A stretch of 27,925 nucleotides of DNA from a virus (Duplodnaviria > Caudoviricetes). Below are positions 23,925 to 27,925 of the stretch, piece after piece. The stretch is taken from positions 1 through 27,925 of IMG/VR virus record IMGVR_UViG_3300027412_000004, one strand, 5' to 3'. Within the stretch, counting starts at the first letter, position 1. Every line of letters begins with the position of its first letter. The position numbers were made by a program, and so were the translations under genes. Below the pieces are notes generated by a model. The model did not search any database and was not told where the DNA came from. It saw nothing but the letters and a program-made list of their open reading frames with translations.

Positions 23925-25604
23925 ATGAACAAGGTAAAAAGTAATTTCACACACCATGCCCCGTGCCCCGCCTGCGGTAGCTCGGACGGCCTTAGCGTCT
24001 ATGACGATGGTCACACCTACTGCTTCGTCTGTTCGGAGCACACCCAAGGAGAACATGGATTGAGCGAACCTCAGCAACCCTCTACCCCCAAGCCTAAGAA
24101 ACCCCTCACTCCTCTCACTAGCGTCTTCCGGGCTATCCCCCGTCGAGGACTGGACGAAGAGGATATCAAGAAATACGGCATCGACATTGTCATGGACAAG
24201 GACTCGAAGGTCGGCCACCGCTATCCCTACTACAGAGACGGTCTTCACTCCGCCAATCAGGTGCGCTTGCGCCCGGATAAGGACGGCAAGAAAGGCTTCT
24301 ATTGGGAAGGCGACAACGAAGGAGTCGAACTCTTTGGACAGCACCTATTCCCCGCTGGATGCGCTGAACAAATCACTATCGTCGAGGGAGCCATTGATGC
24401 CCCTTCCGCGTGGAAGCTCTTGGGACGACGCTACCCTGTCGTGGCCGTCCAGTCAGCAGATAGCGCTGCACCTGAATGCCGCGCCCAATTCGAGTATCTC
24501 AACAGCTTTAAGCAGATTGTCATCTGTCTGGACACTGATGAAGCAAAGACTAAGCCGGACGGCTCCACGTTCTTCCCCGGACAAGAGGCCGCGCTCAAAG
24601 TGGCTGACCTCTTCGCCCCCGGCAAGTGCCGCATCCTTACTCTCCAGCACGGGAAAGACCCCAGCGACTACCTCCAGAATGACGTTGACCGGAAAATCTT
24701 CGTCGCTGAGTGGTGGAAGGCGCCCCCGTACCGTCCGGATGGGCTAAAGGTTGGCTCAGGGATGCTTGACGAGATTGTCAACCGTCCTGATCACTTCGCC
24801 ATTCCTTGGCCGTGGGACGGCATGAACAAGAAGACCTACGGCATTCGTTTGTCGGAGCTCGTCTTGCTCATGGCAGACACGGGTGTTGGTAAGACTTCCA
24901 TCCTTAGCGAGGTCGAGCACAGCATCCTGACCATGCCTGAGGTCATCGAACGCGGCTTCGGCGTCGGCTTCCTCCACCTTGAGGAGCCGAACCACGACAC
25001 GGCGCTAAAGCTCCTATCCATCGAGAAGAGTAAACCGTACCATCTTCCCGACACGGATCGCCCACAGGACGAGATTGAGTCGGCCTTCAAGGTCGTTCTC
25101 GATAACGAGCGGGCCATCTTCTACGATCACTTCGGCTCCAACGAAATCGACGAAATCCTCAACAAGGTTCGCCACATGGTGGTGATGGGGTGTAAGTACA
25201 TCTTCATCGACCACTTATCTATCATCGTGTCGGACCAGCGCGGGGACGAAAGGAAGCAGCTTGACGAAATCAGCACAAAGCTTAAAACACTCACGATGGA
25301 ACTTAACATCGCAGTGGTCTGCGTCATTCATACGAACCGTAGCGGCGAGGCGAGAGGCTCCGCTGGTCCTGAGAAAGTTGCCAACATTCATATCTCGCTA
25401 CACCGGGACAAGAAAGACCCCGACCCCTTCCGTCGGAACGTCACCAGCATCATCGTCGAAAAGAACAGGTTCTGCGGTCGAACGGGCCCGGCTTGCCTCC
25501 TCTTCTATGACGAGTTCACGGGCCGCCTTGTTGAACTCGATGATGCCGCTATTGCTAAATACGAAGAAGGAAAATCCCTAAATGACACAGATTTTGACTT
25601 CTGA
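23925..25604 (+). CDS. DNA primase-helicase, T7 gp4-like
   Basis: Zn ribbon CPAC...CFVC, TOPRIM 'IVEGAIDA' and 'DTD', Walker A 'ADTGVGKTS', Walker B 'IFIDHL', 'EKNRF.G.TG'. Confidence 0.95.
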   Translation: MNKVKSNFTHHAPCPACGSSDGLSVYDDGHTYCFVCSEHTQGEHGLSEPQQPSTPKPKKPLTPLTSVFRAIPRRGLDEEDIKKYGIDIVMDKDSKVGHRYPYYRDGLHSANQVRLRPDKDGKKGFYWEGDNEGVELFGQHLFPAGCAEQITIVEGAIDAPSAWKLLGRRYPVVAVQSADSAAPECRAQFEYLNSFKQIVICLDTDEAKTKPDGSTFFPGQEAALKVADLFAPGKCRILTLQHGKDPSDYLQNDVDRKIFVAEWWKAPPYRPDGLKVGSGMLDEIVNRPDHFAIPWPWDGMNKKTYGIRLSELVLLMADTGVGKTSILSEVEHSILTMPEVIERGFGVGFLHLEEPNHDTALKLLSIEKSKPYHLPDTDRPQDEIESAFKVVLDNERAIFYDHFGSNEIDEILNKVRHMVVMGCKYIFIDHLSIIVSDQRGDERKQLDEISTKLKTLTMELNIAVVCVIHTNRSGEARGSAGPEKVANIHISLHRDKKDPDPFRRNVTSIIVEKNRFCGRTGPACLLFYDEFTGRLVELDDAAIAKYEEGKSLNDTDFDF

Positions 25605-25785
25605 CGCTAGCGTTGGCGATATCGAGTATTTAGATGGAGAGGGATGGCAGATATACGGTCCCGACCCTTGGGCTTGGGACGTGTGTTCTTTCAACTGCTG
25701 GTTCAGCGCTAAAGAGTACTATAAAGAGAACGGAGAATACCCGCCATATGTATCTGACACCAACCGCACAGCACTGGGCCTGTGA
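25582..25785 (+). CDS. Small aromatic-rich hypothetical protein
   Basis: RBS GAAGGA; bridges the helicase and polymerase genes with short overlaps. Confidence 0.5.
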   Translation: MTQILTSDASVGDIEYLDGEGWQIYGPDPWAWDVCSFNCWFSAKEYYKENGEYPPYVSDTNRTALGL

Positions 25786-27619
25786 CATTGAGGCCGACGA
25801 ACTAAAGGACAAGGCCACCGTCATCTGGTGCGCCACCGTCCTCAACCTAGTAACCAAGGAAGAGCGGGAGTTCACTGATGCAGAAACCTTTAACGTATGG
25901 CGATCTGAAAATCCCTCCGCAGTATTTGTGGGGCACAATTTTATATCTTATGACGCCCCCATGCTCAACCGTTTTTGGGGAGCTAGAATCCCTGCGTCGC
26001 GCATTGTTGATATCTTCGTCCTCAGCCAAATGTACAACCCCAACTTCACCGGAGGCCACTCCCTAGCGATTTGGGGCGAACGTGTACGCTACCCGAAAGG
26101 AAAGTTCGATGAGTTTCATCGCTTCTCCCCGGAAATGCTCAAGTATTGTAAGCGCGATACCCGACTTACCGGCCTCGTATATATACGGCTTACGGAGCGC
26201 CTCGTACGTCTCGGTTTCACTGAACTCGGATGCCGAATTGAGCACCTTGCATGGAACATCATCCAGAACAAGCAGAAGCAAAACGGCTTCCCGCTCAACA
26301 AGCAAGCCGCCGAAGAGTTGTACGCCGAGCTGCGGCAACGAGAAGAGGAGTTAAAGCGTGAGATTTACACCCTCTGGCCCCCGCGACTGGATGTTGTCGG
26401 AAGCTATAAACAGGCACGTCTCAAAAATGGAAATTACTCTAAACAATTTGAAAGACACTCAGAGCAATTTCCCAAGCTCGTGGAGCATGATGACGGAACC
26501 TACGATGCGTATGACTACGTTGAGTTTAACCTTGGAAGCCCAACTCAAAGAATTGCAAAGCTTCTTGAACTCGGGTGGACACCTGTAAACCTCACCAAGA
26601 AAGGTAATCCCAAGGTCGATGAAGACTCACTACTCGCGTTCGCCGAGTCATCCGGACAGGCAGAGGTTAGGGCCCTTGCTAAGTGGATCGTGGCTAACTC
26701 ACGAGCCAACATGGTCCGAACATGGCTCGAAGCGTACAACCCTGAAACAAAAGCTGTGCACGGTAGCTTGTTCATTGCAAGCACACTTCGCTATAAACAC
26801 AGTTCGCCTAACTCAGCTAATATACCGGCTGTACGTCTAAAGAAGGATGACGAGGGCAATGAGCATATCCGATATGGTGAAGACGGCGCGTGGTCGTATG
26901 AGTCACGAGACGTCTGGTGGGCTGGAGAAGATGAAGACTTTGTGCTCGTCGGCATTGATGGCACTGGCATTCAAAATCGCTGCCTCATCCATTCTCTCAT
27001 CCAGACTGTCGGCGAGGAAGCGGTCGCAGATTTCAAGCAGCTTAGTCTCTTCGGCGATATTCATAAGCGAAATATCGAGACCCTCGGTCTGGCGCACAAG
27101 GCGGCGGCCAAGAAAGCCTACTACACGATCATGATGGGTGGCGGCGGTGCCCTTATCGCAGCTGACCAAGCACAGTTCGGCACCAAGTTGTCGGCCAAGG
27201 AAGGTGAGGCTCTGCGTAAGGGCATCATCGACAACATCCCCGGCTTCAACGAGACGGCCAAGCGACTCCAGCGAGAGCTGCAGCAGACAGGTCGTATTCG
27301 ACTGTGCGACGATACCCCCATCATCGTCCCCTCCCCCCACATGGTCATCCCTTACAAGCTACAGGGCGACGAGAGCCGGCTCATGAAGCAGGCCATGATC
27401 TTCGTAGACGAGGAGGTACGCCGAAATGGATGGACCAAAGACGTGTTCAAGGTTGCCGACATCCACGACGAGTGGCAGTACCGAGTACGACGAGGAGTTG
27501 CAAGCGCGTTTGTTGACGCTGCGCTCCCTTGTTTCCCTCGGGCTGGCGAGGTCTTCAAGTACAATATTCAAATTGATGGCGACGCAAAGATAGGAAGGAC
27601 TTGGGCAGAGACTCACTAA
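25748..27619 (+). CDS. DNA polymerase, family A (T7-like) with 3'-5' exonuclease
   Basis: ExoI 'DIE', ExoII 'GHNFISYD', ExoIII 'YCKRD'; motif A 'DGTGIQNR', motif B 'KAAAKKAYY', motif C 'HDE'; ends 'GRTWAETH'. Start at ATG 25748 after GGAG. Confidence 0.95.
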   Translation: MYLTPTAQHWACDIEADELKDKATVIWCATVLNLVTKEEREFTDAETFNVWRSENPSAVFVGHNFISYDAPMLNRFWGARIPASRIVDIFVLSQMYNPNFTGGHSLAIWGERVRYPKGKFDEFHRFSPEMLKYCKRDTRLTGLVYIRLTERLVRLGFTELGCRIEHLAWNIIQNKQKQNGFPLNKQAAEELYAELRQREEELKREIYTLWPPRLDVVGSYKQARLKNGNYSKQFERHSEQFPKLVEHDDGTYDAYDYVEFNLGSPTQRIAKLLELGWTPVNLTKKGNPKVDEDSLLAFAESSGQAEVRALAKWIVANSRANMVRTWLEAYNPETKAVHGSLFIASTLRYKHSSPNSANIPAVRLKKDDEGNEHIRYGEDGAWSYESRDVWWAGEDEDFVLVGIDGTGIQNRCLIHSLIQTVGEEAVADFKQLSLFGDIHKRNIETLGLAHKAAAKKAYYTIMMGGGGALIAADQAQFGTKLSAKEGEALRKGIIDNIPGFNETAKRLQRELQQTGRIRLCDDTPIIVPSPHMVIPYKLQGDESRLMKQAMIFVDEEVRRNGWTKDVFKVADIHDEWQYRVRRGVASAFVDAALPCFPRAGEVFKYNIQIDGDAKIGRTWAETH

Positions 27620-27756
27620 AGTACCTATTCAAATACACTAACGGAACAAGCAAGGTTTACGAGGTCCTTTCGGAAAGAGAGGCCGGTGACATCGCTTGGA
27701 CCGAAGGCGACCACTTGGTCAGTTACGAAAGGATCGACGACGATGACAGCGATTAA
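27601..27756 (+). CDS. Small hypothetical protein (51 aa)
   Basis: TTG start after AGGAAGGA; MGRDSLKYLFKY...WTEGDHLVSYERI...; fills the gap between the polymerase and the phosphoesterase. Confidence 0.5.
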   Translation: MGRDSLKYLFKYTNGTSKVYEVLSEREAGDIAWTEGDHLVSYERIDDDDSD

Positions 27757-27925
27757 ATTCACTCTTATGTCGGACCTACACGCGGACTTTCCGCAGAAGA
27801 GTATCGACTACAGCAGACTTGAGAAGAACATTATCGTGGCAGGGGACACGACCAACGGCCTTGAATGCCTGCGGTTCCTCGGTCACAAGCTGCGGGACAC
27901 CCGAGGACACACAGTCCTCTCCTGC
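27743..27925 (+). CDS. Calcineurin-like metallophosphoesterase (N-terminal part, truncated)
   Basis: MTAIKFTLMSDLHADF...IIVAGDTTN shows DxH and GD motifs; open to the window end. Confidence 0.8.
   Translation, partial: MTAIKFTLMSDLHADFPQKSIDYSRLEKNIIVAGDTTNGLECLRFLGHKLRDTRGHTVLSC

Noticed and set aside
24886-24900. Partial match TTGGTAAGACTTCCA to the 17-bp palindrome
   Set aside because: Explained by the helicase Walker A codons (VGKTS); the right arm is broken.

Overview
A roughly 28-kb piece of a podovirus-type phage genome, probably lytic: no integrase or repressor is recognisable here and the sequence is GC-rich. It has two divergent arms. The minus arm (1-8824) is a P22-like morphogenesis module: HNH nuclease, small and large terminase, portal, scaffold, coat protein, two small virion proteins, a gp4-like adaptor and a truncated gp10-like tail hub. 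A non-coding control region (8825-9897) carries back-to-back near-consensus sigma70 promoters, a very AT-rich tract, a structured GC-rich element and a consensus sigma54 (-24/-12) promoter. The plus arm starts with many small early ORFs, punctuated by a recurrent 17-bp palindrome (TTGGTAAG[T/A]CTTACCAA) and including a triplet of paralogous microproteins. It continues with a phiEco32/LUZ24-type peptide ligase/amidotransferase cluster (GGCT, class I and class II glutamine amidotransferases, COOH-NH2 ligase, amidoligase, ATP-grasp). It ends with a T7 gp4-like primase-helicase, a family A DNA polymerase with an altered dNTP pocket, and the start of a metallophosphoesterase. All calls come from motif recognition by eye; no database searches were run.
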